From: Chlorobium sp.
GTDB taxonomy: Bacteria > Bacteroidota > Chlorobiia > Chlorobiales > Chlorobiaceae
Direction of reading: 5' to 3'
Length of the DNA stretch: 64,000 nt
Assembly (NCBI GenBank): GCA_013203905.1
Contig: JABMPC010000075.1
Span: 43,483 to 107,482 of the forward strand
Positions 30,737-40,351 of this stretch are shown here, in pieces. Position numbers and translations under genes: made by a program. The notes under the pieces were generated by a model, which saw only the letters and a program-made list of their open reading frames with translations, ran no database searches and was not told where the DNA came from. Numbering within the stretch: the first letter of the stretch is position 1; each line of letters opens with the position of its first letter.

Positions 30737-31045
30737 TCAGTGGATGATATGCGCTTCGCACGCTTCGCCTTCTTCAAGTGCATCAAGGATTTCATCGACT
30801 TTCTCTTCGCTGTCGACCTCTCCATACCAGAAGTTTTCAGGGTAGATGACCGCAATCGGGCCCTTCTCGCAGAGGTTAAGGCAGGCGGTGGCTGATACGG
30901 CTACATCGCTCATGCCGCGGTCGGCAAGTTCACTTTCAAAGTAGGGAATCAGGCTGAGCGACTCTTTTTTATGGCAGATGCCCTGTGGAGCTCCCTGGGC
31001 GCGGAAGCTTGCGCAGACGAAAATGTGGTGTTTTGGCTTATCCAT
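30737..31045 (-). CDS. thioredoxin-like [2Fe-2S] ferredoxin
   Basis: The start is trimmed to MDKPKHHIFVCASFRAQGAPQGICHKK...ACLNLCEKGPIAVIYP, giving 102 aa. The four-Cys pattern matches thioredoxin-like 2Fe-2S ferredoxins. It is the last gene of the nif operon. Confidence 0.75.
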   Translation of the reverse strand: MDKPKHHIFVCASFRAQGAPQGICHKKESLSLIPYFESELADRGMSDVAVSATACLNLCEKGPIAVIYPENFWYGEVDSEEKVDEILDALEEGEACEAHIIH

Positions 31046-31103
31046 TGTGGTGTTGTTTAATGGTTGTTCATTACTTCTGCTGTTCTGTTTCTCTCTTGGG
31101 TAG

Positions 31104-32366
31104 CTATCCGCAGCCACCTCCGGTGCCGCTGCAGGCATGGCGGCTGGTGTTTTTGCTCATGTGGCGTATGTCTTCTCCCCTGAAGAGCCCTCCGATGGCG
31201 TCTTCAATTACCCCTTCGAGTACCATGACTTCCACTCCTGAGGCGTTGAGCACTTTTGTGGGTGAGCCTCCGGCTCCGCTGGAGAGAACTCCTCTGCAGT
31301 CGCTGAAGAGTTCGGCAAGGGCCTCCCAGCGATCATTGCCTCCGCCCGGAGGGGGTGCTGGACGCGATTCAACGAACCTGCAGGTGTTGCTTTCGGGCTC
31401 AAACCCGTAAATGAGAAAACGGTCTGCTTCGCCGAGGTGCTGGTTAACGAGAACCCCCTCCATACTTGCAACTGCGAGGTAGGGACGGTTATCATCGGGG
31501 TTTTTCGGCAACTTGGAGGCTTCGCTGAGCTTCTCCATCATGGCATCGCTGTTCATTTCTCCAATGATACCGACCGCATCGGCGCGGCAGCGGGCGCAGT
31601 GTTTCATTTGAGGGAGGTATTCTGCGGTGGTTTTCTGGATTGCAGCCACCAATGTGGGGGTTGGCTCCTCAATGTTTTCAAACACGGTCTCCTTTGTGTT
31701 ATAGTAAGGCAGAGAGTTGAGAATGTCGGCGCCAAGTGAGGCTACGGTGCGGGCAACGGTTTCAACATGGTGGTCGTTGATGCCGGGGATGATGATGGTG
31801 TTTACCTTTGCTGTAATGCCACGAGCCTTGAGTTCTTTGAGCCCTTCAAGCTGTTTTCCGATGAGCAGTTCGGCGGCTTCAATGTCGCGGTACATTTTTT
31901 TCTCGTGGCGGACCCAGGCGTAGATTTCTGCTCCGATTGCGGGGTCGATGGCGTTGATGGTGATGGTGACATGGCTGACCTCAAGCTCTGAGAGTTCATC
32001 AATATAGGGGAGCAGGTTCAGTCCATTGGTTGCAACGCAGAGCAGCATTTCCGGGTACTCCTTACGCACAAGCCGCAGGGTTTCCATTGTCTCGTCGGGG
32101 TTGGCAAAGGGGTCGCCCGGGCCGGCGATGCCGACTACGGAGATGTTGGGCGAGAGTTCTACCGCACCTTTCAGGTAGTGGAGCGCCTGACCGGGGGAGA
32201 GCAGTTTGCTTGATACTCCGGGGCGGTTCTCGTTCATGCAGTCGAACTTCCTGTTGCAGTAGTTGCACTGGATGTTGCACTTCGGGGCAACAGGGAGGTG
32301 GATACGGCCGAAGGTGTGGCGCGATGCATCGTTAAAGCAGGGATGATTTTCCAGTGTAAGTGCCAT
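31104..32366 (-). CDS. nifB: nitrogenase FeMo-cofactor biosynthesis radical SAM protein NifB (with C-terminal NifX-like domain)
   Basis: 420 aa with motifs HPCFNDASRHTFGRIHLPVAPKCNIQCNYCNRKFDC and AGPGDP, plus a C-terminal NifX/NafY-like domain (LAVASMEGVLVNQHLGEA). Confidence 0.93.
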   Translation of the reverse strand: MALTLENHPCFNDASRHTFGRIHLPVAPKCNIQCNYCNRKFDCMNENRPGVSSKLLSPGQALHYLKGAVELSPNISVVGIAGPGDPFANPDETMETLRLVRKEYPEMLLCVATNGLNLLPYIDELSELEVSHVTITINAIDPAIGAEIYAWVRHEKKMYRDIEAAELLIGKQLEGLKELKARGITAKVNTIIIPGINDHHVETVARTVASLGADILNSLPYYNTKETVFENIEEPTPTLVAAIQKTTAEYLPQMKHCARCRADAVGIIGEMNSDAMMEKLSEASKLPKNPDDNRPYLAVASMEGVLVNQHLGEADRFLIYGFEPESNTCRFVESRPAPPPGGGNDRWEALAELFSDCRGVLSSGAGGSPTKVLNASGVEVMVLEGVIEDAIGGLFRGEDIRHMSKNTSRHACSGTGGGCG

Positions 32367-32380
32367 TGTTTTGCTCCCGT

Positions 32381-33733
32381 TTACAGATAAGTGTAGCCGA
32401 TTTCAGAATCATCCTGTCGCTGCTGCAGCACCATGTTGACGATGCGGTCGAAGAGTTCAAGCGTGCCGCGGTATCCAAGATGGTGCAGCCGCTGTCCGCC
32501 GAACCGGTCGTGAATCGGGAATCCGATCCGCAGTAGCGGGATATTGTTTTTTCGTGACATTGTATAGCCTTTGCTGTTGCCGATGAGGAAGTCGGGGGCG
32601 AGGAGTTTGGCTTCGTCCTCAATGTCGACGAAGTCAACGCCGTCGCGTACCTTGATCCCCGCTTCTTCAAGGTCGGGTACCAGCTCCTGCAGCTTTTTCT
32701 TCAGCAGCCCGCTTTTGCCTCCCGAGGCAACCAGAACGGGAACCATACCGATTTCACGGAGGAAGGCCGTCATGGAGATGACCAGATCTTCCTCGCCGTA
32801 GACGATGACCTTTTTGTCGAACACATATTTGTGTCCATCAGCGTAGGCATCTACCAGACGGCGGCGTTCGTCATCGTATTTTTCGGGTTGCGCCTTCTGG
32901 CTGATTGTTTCGAGCAGGCCGAAAAAACGGTCTGTTTCGCGGATGCCGATGGGCATGGGCAACTGGTGGCGGGGTACGCCGAACTTCTCCTCCAGCCATG
33001 CTGCAGGTGACTTTGCATCGGCGAGGGTTGAGGTGAATTCAACACTGCCAATGGCGCTGCCGGAAAGCGAGATGGCGCTTGCGGGGGTGCCGCCTGGGGG
33101 AATGCGGTGGTACTCTGCCCAGGGGCCGCCGTCAAGTGTTTTGGAGTAGTCGGGCAGCATCATGCAGGGGAGGCTGAAGTCGTCAAAAATCTCCCTAAGG
33201 TGGCGCAGGTCGGCCGGCGAAACCATGTTGGCAAAGAGGTTGACCAGTTGCTGCGGGGTTCCCTGCTCGGCAAGGGTTTCAACGGCTGCGCGCACTGCAC
33301 CGTGGAATCCATCGATGTGGCTGCCCTGATAGCTTGGGGTCGAGGCGTGAATCATCAGCGGCATCGGGACACCGTTCATCTGCTCTTTTTTGTATTCGCG
33401 GAGAATCCCTTTGACATCGTCACCGATGGTTTCCGAGAGGCAGGTTGTGGCCAGCCCGATAACTTCCGGCCGGTACTGCTGGGTCACATTCTGTAGTCCG
33501 AGCTTCAGATTGTGGCTTCCTCCAAATACGGCTGTATCTTCATTGAAGTTTGACGACGCAATGTCGATAGGCTCTTTGTAGTGACTGATCAGGTATCGGC
33601 GGATATAGGTTGCACACCCTTGGGAACCATGCAGGAAAGGGACGCAGTTTTCAATGCCTCTGAATGCAAGGCACGCACCAAGAGGGTTGCAGAGCTTGCA
33701 TGCGTTCTGGGTTGCGGTTTTTGCGTGTTTCAT
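32381..33733 (-). CDS. nifN: nitrogenase FeMo-cofactor biosynthesis scaffold NifN
   Basis: I prefer the ATG at 33733, which forms an ATGA overlap with the nifE stop and is preceded by GGGGGA. The track start is 33766. The protein is NifK-like (ACKLCNPLGACLAFRGIENCVPFLHGSQGC) and follows nifE. Confidence 0.9.
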   Translation of the reverse strand: MKHAKTATQNACKLCNPLGACLAFRGIENCVPFLHGSQGCATYIRRYLISHYKEPIDIASSNFNEDTAVFGGSHNLKLGLQNVTQQYRPEVIGLATTCLSETIGDDVKGILREYKKEQMNGVPMPLMIHASTPSYQGSHIDGFHGAVRAAVETLAEQGTPQQLVNLFANMVSPADLRHLREIFDDFSLPCMMLPDYSKTLDGGPWAEYHRIPPGGTPASAISLSGSAIGSVEFTSTLADAKSPAAWLEEKFGVPRHQLPMPIGIRETDRFFGLLETISQKAQPEKYDDERRRLVDAYADGHKYVFDKKVIVYGEEDLVISMTAFLREIGMVPVLVASGGKSGLLKKKLQELVPDLEEAGIKVRDGVDFVDIEDEAKLLAPDFLIGNSKGYTMSRKNNIPLLRIGFPIHDRFGGQRLHHLGYRGTLELFDRIVNMVLQQRQDDSEIGYTYL

Positions 33734-35091
33734 TTCAGTCCCCCTTTTCTCGGAGCGAACTGCCATACCGGGCTCATGACTGACTGGTACACTTCAAGGG
33801 CGAAGTTGTACATGCCGATAAAGCCGGCCAGCGGAATTTTCCGTTCGTGGTTGTGGTCACAGAAGGCCACCCCGAGCTTGAAGGCAATGGGGCGTTCCTT
33901 GACGCCGCCTATGAGAAGGTCGGCTTCTTTTTCAAGAATGAATTTCGACAGTTCCACCGGGTTTGAATCGTCAACAATGACGGTTCCCTCGTCGCACATC
34001 TCTTTGAGGTTGCCGTAATCGTCACTGTTTCCGGTCTGTGAGCCGGCCAGCACCACCGACATGCCCAGCGAACGAAGCGCCTTGATGAGCGAGAAAGTTT
34101 TGAATGCACCGCCTACATAGATTGCTGCTTTTTTGCCACTCAGAGCTGCCTTGAATTTTTGCAGCTGTGGGTAGAGCCTCTCCACTTCGCTTTTAACAAT
34201 CTCCCTCGCCTTTTCCATGATGTCGGGCCTGTCGGGAAAATGTTTTGCCACATCATACAGGGCGCTTGCCATATCTTCAATACCGAAGTAGGAGACCCGT
34301 ATGAAGGGTATGGCGTATTTCTCCTCCATATCCTTGGCCAGAGAGGTCATGGAGCCAGAGCACTGAACCACATTGAGCGTGGCTCCATGGGCTTTTCGCA
34401 CTGCATCTACCCGGCCGTCGCCGGTCATGGTGGAGACGACCTGGATCCCCATTTTTTCATAGTATTCACGGATGATCCAGGCTTCGCCGGCAAGGTTGAA
34501 CTCGCCGAGAATGTTGATGCTATAAGGGCTTATGTCATTCGTTTCAGCAGTTCCTACCAGTTTCATCAGGGAAATGCAGGCGGCCCGGTAGCCGTCTTTC
34601 TTGGTTCCCTTGAACCCTTCTGAATGGACGGGAAGAACGGGTATCGAGGTCTCTTTAGCCACCTTTCTGCACACGGCATCAATGTCGTCGCCGATAATGC
34701 CGATAATGCAGGTTGAGTAGATGAATGCCGCTTTGGGCTGGTACTGCTCTATAAGTTCAATAAGCGAAGCGTAAAGCTTTTTCTCACCTCCGAAGATGAC
34801 ATCGGTTTCCTGGAGGTCGGTGGAAAAACTGAGGCGATGGAGTTCGGGGCCCGAAGAAACCGAGCCGCGTATGTCCCATGTGTAGGCTGCACAGCCGATA
34901 GGGCCGTGAACCAGATGCAGGGCATCGGCCACAGGGTAGAGAACGACCCGTGAACCGCAGAAGACGCAAGCCCTCTGGCTGACGGATCCTGAAAGACTGG
35001 TGGTTTCGCAGGAGATGTCAAACGCCGCGCCGCCATCCTTTTTTTCAAAGATCTGTTTCTCCCTCTCTTTGAGAATCTGAATCTGTTCCAT
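33730..35091 (-). CDS. nifE: nitrogenase FeMo-cofactor biosynthesis scaffold NifE
   Basis: 453 aa and NifD-like (CVFCGSRVVLYPVADALHLVHGPIGCAAYTWDIRGS). It lies between nifK and nifN. Confidence 0.92.
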   Translation of the reverse strand: MEQIQILKEREKQIFEKKDGGAAFDISCETTSLSGSVSQRACVFCGSRVVLYPVADALHLVHGPIGCAAYTWDIRGSVSSGPELHRLSFSTDLQETDVIFGGEKKLYASLIELIEQYQPKAAFIYSTCIIGIIGDDIDAVCRKVAKETSIPVLPVHSEGFKGTKKDGYRAACISLMKLVGTAETNDISPYSINILGEFNLAGEAWIIREYYEKMGIQVVSTMTGDGRVDAVRKAHGATLNVVQCSGSMTSLAKDMEEKYAIPFIRVSYFGIEDMASALYDVAKHFPDRPDIMEKAREIVKSEVERLYPQLQKFKAALSGKKAAIYVGGAFKTFSLIKALRSLGMSVVLAGSQTGNSDDYGNLKEMCDEGTVIVDDSNPVELSKFILEKEADLLIGGVKERPIAFKLGVAFCDHNHERKIPLAGFIGMYNFALEVYQSVMSPVWQFAPRKGGLK

Positions 35092-35185
35092 GGCAGGCGT
35101 TCCTTTTTATAAATGGTTTCTTTCAACTCCTTTCGTGCCCTTCAAGGTGCCCCCGCGCTTCGGAGGCACACTTTGGGGGAAGGTG

Positions 35186-36565
35186 TTACATGACCAGTTC
35201 GAATTTCTCTTCAGGTGCTTCACGGTCCTGACGGTCCATGAAGACGCCGAGGATCTTTTCAACCAGCCTGAGGCCGCCGCTGTACCCGACAGAGGGGAAG
35301 TAGCTGTGGCCGATGCGGTCGACAATCGGGAACCCGAAACGGATGAAGGGAATGTTTTCATCGCGGGCAATGTATTTCCCGTAGCTGTTTCCGATCAGCA
35401 GATCAACCGGCTCATTCTTCATCCACTGGTGGAGCAGGAATGTGTCGGCACCAAGGCCGTTCTTGAAGTTTGCGCCGGGCGAGCGCTCGAGGATTTCCGC
35501 CATCCGCTTTTCAAATCGTTTGCCCGGGGTGCCGCTGACAATGTGAAGGGGCAGCATGCCGAGGTCGAGCAGGAACTCGGTGAGCGGTATGACCTGGTCA
35601 GGGTCGCCGAATAGAGCTACCTTTTTGCCGTAAAAGTACTGGTCCATATCGGTCATGGCGTCAAGCAGGCGGCCGCGCTCGCTGGTGATTTCATCGGGAA
35701 CCGAAACACTGGCCGCTTTTGAAAGCGCCATGATGAAGCGGTCGGTTGCCGAGATGCCGATGGGCATGTCGACCGTTTCGAACGGTACGCCACATTTCTT
35801 GTCGAGCGCAACAGCTGCGGGTTCAGCGCTGATGCAACCAAGAGCAATTGAGGAGAGGCTGTCGCCGGTGCTTTTGAGCTCCGGGATGGTGACGCCGCCT
35901 TTCGGATAGAACTCGTGTTTTCCGGTCTGCGGAGCATCGAGCACATCGGAAGTGTCGGGGAAGAGAACAATTTTCGCGCCGAGCTCTTTCGATAGTTTCT
36001 TGATTTCGCGCATGTCGGAAGGTTCCATCCATCCGGCAATCAGGTTGACCTGTTCTTTCTTCTCGCCTGTCGATTCGGCAAACTGCTCGGCCATGCCGAC
36101 TACCATATTGGCGTAGCCGGTGACATGCGAACCCACAAAGCTCGGGGTGCTTGCATAGATGACATGCTTGCCCTCGGGGATCTTCCCGTCATCGGCAGCC
36201 TTCTTTGTGATCTGCTGAAGATCGTCACCAATGGTTTCCGACAGGCAGGTGGAGTGCACCGCGATGATGTCGGGGTCGTACACCGAAAATATGGTGTCTA
36301 TGGAGGCCAGCAGGTTGGCCTGTCCTCCGAACACCGAAGCTCCTTCGGTAAACGAGCTGGTGGCAGCCATCACCGGTTCTTTATAGTGACGGGTGAGCAT
36401 GCTGCGGTGGTAGGCGCAGCAGCCCTGTGAACCATGGCTGTGAGGCAGGCAGCCATGAATGCCGAGTGCTGCATAGAGGGCTCCGACCGGCTGGCATGTT
36501 TTTGCCGGGTTGATCGTCAGCCCCTCGCGCACTTTAACCTCTTTTGTGGTGTGTCGTAATAGCAT
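35186..36565 (-). CDS. nifK: nitrogenase MoFe protein beta chain
   Basis: 459 aa with TINPAKTCQPVGALYAALGIHGCLPHSHGSQGCCAYHR and the P-cluster Cys pattern. It follows nifD. Confidence 0.93.
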   Translation of the reverse strand: MLLRHTTKEVKVREGLTINPAKTCQPVGALYAALGIHGCLPHSHGSQGCCAYHRSMLTRHYKEPVMAATSSFTEGASVFGGQANLLASIDTIFSVYDPDIIAVHSTCLSETIGDDLQQITKKAADDGKIPEGKHVIYASTPSFVGSHVTGYANMVVGMAEQFAESTGEKKEQVNLIAGWMEPSDMREIKKLSKELGAKIVLFPDTSDVLDAPQTGKHEFYPKGGVTIPELKSTGDSLSSIALGCISAEPAAVALDKKCGVPFETVDMPIGISATDRFIMALSKAASVSVPDEITSERGRLLDAMTDMDQYFYGKKVALFGDPDQVIPLTEFLLDLGMLPLHIVSGTPGKRFEKRMAEILERSPGANFKNGLGADTFLLHQWMKNEPVDLLIGNSYGKYIARDENIPFIRFGFPIVDRIGHSYFPSVGYSGGLRLVEKILGVFMDRQDREAPEEKFELVM

Positions 36566-36591
36566 AATGGAATAGTCTCCGTTTTCCTGGG

Positions 36592-38238
36592 TTACTGGGT
36601 GACATACGAGGCGCTGAGCGACTCTTTTTCACTATCTGCAGTTTTCTGCCATGGTGCCTTGATGAGTTTCCATACAGGATTGTTCACCATGCGGTCGATG
36701 TCGCGATAGAAGTTTACCGCACCTTCAAATCCGGTGTAGGGGCCGCCGTAATCGTAGCTGTGAAGTTGCTTGAGAGGGACGCCCATTTTCTGCACCACAT
36801 ATTTTTCTTTGACGCCTGCGCAGAAGATGTCGGGCTTGTAGATCTCAATGAGCTTTTCTGATTCATAGTGGCTGATGTCGTCAACGACTAGCGACTTTTT
36901 CATCATCTGCTTCATCATTCCTTCGTAGGTGTTGATTTCAAGCCCTTTTGCTTTCAGCTCCTCCAGTTCCGCTTCGGTTTTGCGTGGTTTGTAGAGTTCC
37001 GGATCTGCCACAATCTTCAGCTCCTCAATGTTTTTGCTGTCGGCGTCAACCTTGATGTTGGGCAGTACTTCACGGCCTTCGTAATCGTCGCGGTGGGCAA
37101 ACTCGTATCCAGCCGCAACCGTTGTCATGCCGAGCTCGCTGAAGAGATCCTGATAGTGGTGAGCGCGCGATCCTCCAACAAACAACATGGCAGTTTTGCC
37201 GCTGGTTCTGGGAAGGATTTCATCAATCACCTCTTTGACCTTCGGCATCTCCTCCTTGATGACCTCCTCAACTCTCGCTTTCAGTTCAGCATCGCCGAAG
37301 TATTCGGCAATTTTGCGCAGCGACTTGGCACTCGACTCAGCCCCGATAAAGTTGATTTTCATCCAGGGTATGCCGTATTTGGTCTCGAGCATATCACCCA
37401 TGTAGTTGATGGAGCGATGGCACATGATCGCATTCAAGTCGGCCATATGGGCGTTCTCAAGCTGACTGACCGTGGAGTTGCCGCTGAACGAGGAGTTGAT
37501 TGTGATGCCGCACTTATCGAAAATGCGCTCAATTTCAAATGCATCGCCGCCGATGTTGTACTCACCGAGCAGATTGAGCTTGAATTTGCCCTCTTTTATC
37601 TCGTTGTTCCTGCCGACCATGTGCTTGAAGATGCCATTGTTGGCAATGTGATGGCCTGCTGACTGGCTGACCCCGCGGTAGCCTTCGCAACTGAATCCGA
37701 ACACATTGCAATCGCCGAACTTCTCCTTCATCTCCCGTGAGGCGGCGTGCACATCATCACCAATCAGCCCTACCGGGCAGGTGGAGAAGATTGCTATGGC
37801 TTTGGGGTGGAAGAGGTCATAGGCCTCCTGAATTGCCACCTTCAGCTTTTTTTCACCGCCGAACACAATGTTCTCCTCCTGCATGTCGGTAGAGAAGCAG
37901 TAGGGGATGAAGTTTGCGTCTGCATCAGTTTCCGGCCTTGTCTGGTTCCGCCGTGTCAGCCAGCTGTAGAAACCGCATCCGATGGGGCCGTGTGTGATGT
38001 TGACAACATCGCGGGTTGGTCCGAGCACAACACCCTTGCAGCCTGCATAAGAGCATCCCCGCTGGGTGATGATGCCCGGTACGGTACGCACATTGGCCTG
38101 AACCTCAGGGACGGTTTCCGGGTCATTGATGATGATGGACTTGTTGCGCTTTTTGGCAACCTTGGCCGGGTATTTTTCAATCAGTTCCTCCCTGACCTGG
38201 GAAGGATCCGGGAATTGGGTTTTCGACTCCATGTACAT
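36592..38238 (-). CDS. nifD: nitrogenase MoFe protein alpha chain (long anaerobe-type form)
   Basis: 548 aa with RGCSYAGCKGVVLGPTRDVVNITHGPIGCGFYSW and LKQLHSYDYGGPY (FeMo-co His region). A second ATG lies at codon 3. Confidence 0.93.
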   Translation of the reverse strand: MYMESKTQFPDPSQVREELIEKYPAKVAKKRNKSIIINDPETVPEVQANVRTVPGIITQRGCSYAGCKGVVLGPTRDVVNITHGPIGCGFYSWLTRRNQTRPETDADANFIPYCFSTDMQEENIVFGGEKKLKVAIQEAYDLFHPKAIAIFSTCPVGLIGDDVHAASREMKEKFGDCNVFGFSCEGYRGVSQSAGHHIANNGIFKHMVGRNNEIKEGKFKLNLLGEYNIGGDAFEIERIFDKCGITINSSFSGNSTVSQLENAHMADLNAIMCHRSINYMGDMLETKYGIPWMKINFIGAESSAKSLRKIAEYFGDAELKARVEEVIKEEMPKVKEVIDEILPRTSGKTAMLFVGGSRAHHYQDLFSELGMTTVAAGYEFAHRDDYEGREVLPNIKVDADSKNIEELKIVADPELYKPRKTEAELEELKAKGLEINTYEGMMKQMMKKSLVVDDISHYESEKLIEIYKPDIFCAGVKEKYVVQKMGVPLKQLHSYDYGGPYTGFEGAVNFYRDIDRMVNNPVWKLIKAPWQKTADSEKESLSASYVTQ

Positions 38239-38271
38239 TTCTCCGTTTACACCTGTGTTGATGATAGTTCT

Positions 38272-38649
38272 TCAGTTCAGGGCAATGTCGCCCGCTTCGC
38301 CTGTTCGTACCCTGATTGTTTCTGTTATCGGGGTGACGAAGATTTTTCCGTCTCCGGGCTTTCCTGTCTGATTTGTCTTTATGATGGTGTCGATGGCCGT
38401 CTGGCACTGCTCATCGGGGACGACAACGGTCAGAATCCGCTTTGCCACAAGCCTCGGTGCATTGCCAAGCTGCTCGATAGCTTCGGGATGACCCTCTTCG
38501 GCTCCATGAAGAATGTCGAAATGAACCTGTCCCTTGCCCCGGCCCATAACCCGTCCGGTTGCAGTGAAGCCCGGTATGCCGGCTTCTATGAGCGCCTTCT
38601 TGGTCTCGTTCACCTTGTTGATCCGTATGACTGAAATGATTTCTTTCAT
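38272..38649 (-). CDS. nifI2: PII-family nitrogenase regulator NifI2
   Basis: 125 aa, GlnB-like (MKEIISVIRINKVNETKKALIEAGIPGFT...GDGKIFVTPI). It is the second PII gene between nifH and nifD. Confidence 0.85.
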   Translation of the reverse strand: MKEIISVIRINKVNETKKALIEAGIPGFTATGRVMGRGKGQVHFDILHGAEEGHPEAIEQLGNAPRLVAKRILTVVVPDEQCQTAIDTIIKTNQTGKPGDGKIFVTPITETIRVRTGEAGDIALN

Positions 38650-39006
38650 TCAAGCCTCCTTTGCTGCTGCCAGCGTCGGTTCACTTTCCTGCATGCCGGT
38701 GCTGATGGTGTAGACCTCTTCAACGGCTGAGACGAAGATTTTTCCGTCACCGAACTTGCCCTCGCCTGTGCTTTTGGCATTGTCGAGAATTGACTGGATT
38801 ACAAAGCTCTTGTCGGCGTCGGGCACAACAGTGAACAACATCTCTTTTGGGAGTTCATCGTAGACGACATCACCCACCCTCAGTCCGCGCTGTTTGCCTC
38901 GTCCCACAACCGAGATTTTCGTGATTGCCGGGTAGCCTGCATCGAGCAGTCCCTGCATAACCTCGTGTACTTTTTCGGGTCTGACGATTGTTCTGATCAT
39001 TAACAT
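38650..39006 (-). CDS. nifI1: PII-family nitrogenase regulator NifI1
   Basis: 118 aa, GlnB-like (MLMIRTIVRPEKVHEVMQGLLDAGYPAITK...GDGKIFVSAV). It lies directly after nifH. Confidence 0.85.
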   Translation of the reverse strand: MLMIRTIVRPEKVHEVMQGLLDAGYPAITKISVVGRGKQRGLRVGDVVYDELPKEMLFTVVPDADKSFVIQSILDNAKSTGEGKFGDGKIFVSAVEEVYTISTGMQESEPTLAAAKEA

Positions 39007-39026
39007 ATCTGTATACTCCCTTGTTA

Positions 39027-39863
<837 letters not shown>

Positions 39864-39939
39864 TTAAGGTTATTGTTGCCTTTTCTTTCAACTATTGAGG
39901 CAATTTTGTCTTCGCACCTAAATAGTTATGCCATTTAAC

Positions 39940-39955
39940 AGCAACATGTGTGCCA
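39940..39955 (-). promoter_or_regulatory. sigma-54 (-24/-12) promoter of the nifH operon
   Basis: The minus strand reads TGGCAC-ACATG-TTGCT, about 89 nt upstream of the nifH ATG. Confidence 0.85.
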
Positions 39956-40110
39956 AACTTTGTGAATTGCATGCCGCAAAGGGTTAGGGGGATAAAGAAG
40001 CGGTGGAAATGCCTATGAGGAAAAGGGTCTTGGCGTTTTTGTAAACATTGTTTTTTTTGGGGCGAGCGCTCTTTCCATACTCATTGCGTTTCGGTTTGCG
40101 GGTTTTCCTC

Positions 40111-40154
40111 CCTACCATTTCGTAGGAAAGCCCTTTTTTCTACGAAATGGTAGG
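40111..40154. repeat. perfect 15-bp inverted repeat with 14-nt spacer in the nifA-nifH spacer
   Basis: CCTACCATTTCGTAG (40111-40125) and CTACGAAATGGTAGG (40140-40154), checked letter by letter. No U-tract follows on either strand. Confidence 0.9.
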
Positions 40155-40351
40155 TATTGGTATCGCTGAAGTGCTGGCGCGGTTGTTTGGCAGGTTGTCG
40201 ATGTCGGGGTTCAGAAGGGGAAAAGAGGGTGTGGAAGATGAAGAGATCGGCTTGCAGGGCGGGGGATTGCGGTGCGCTGCCAGGGAAAACTACAATTTTG
40301 TAGGTCTCCGGCTGTTTCGGCCCCTTTGGCAGTGAAGGGCTGAGGCTGGGG

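Noticed and set aside
37747-38634. Long antisense ORFs opposite real genes, for example 37747-38634, 522-1205, 3647-4417, 24436-25356, 27060-27932, 28861-29640 and 48742-49443
   Set aside because: Each lies opposite a confidently identified gene (nifD, carB, glyA, thiG, metY, moaA, aguB). Their translations are compositionally odd with no family motifs. These are typical shadow ORFs of GC-rich coding DNA.
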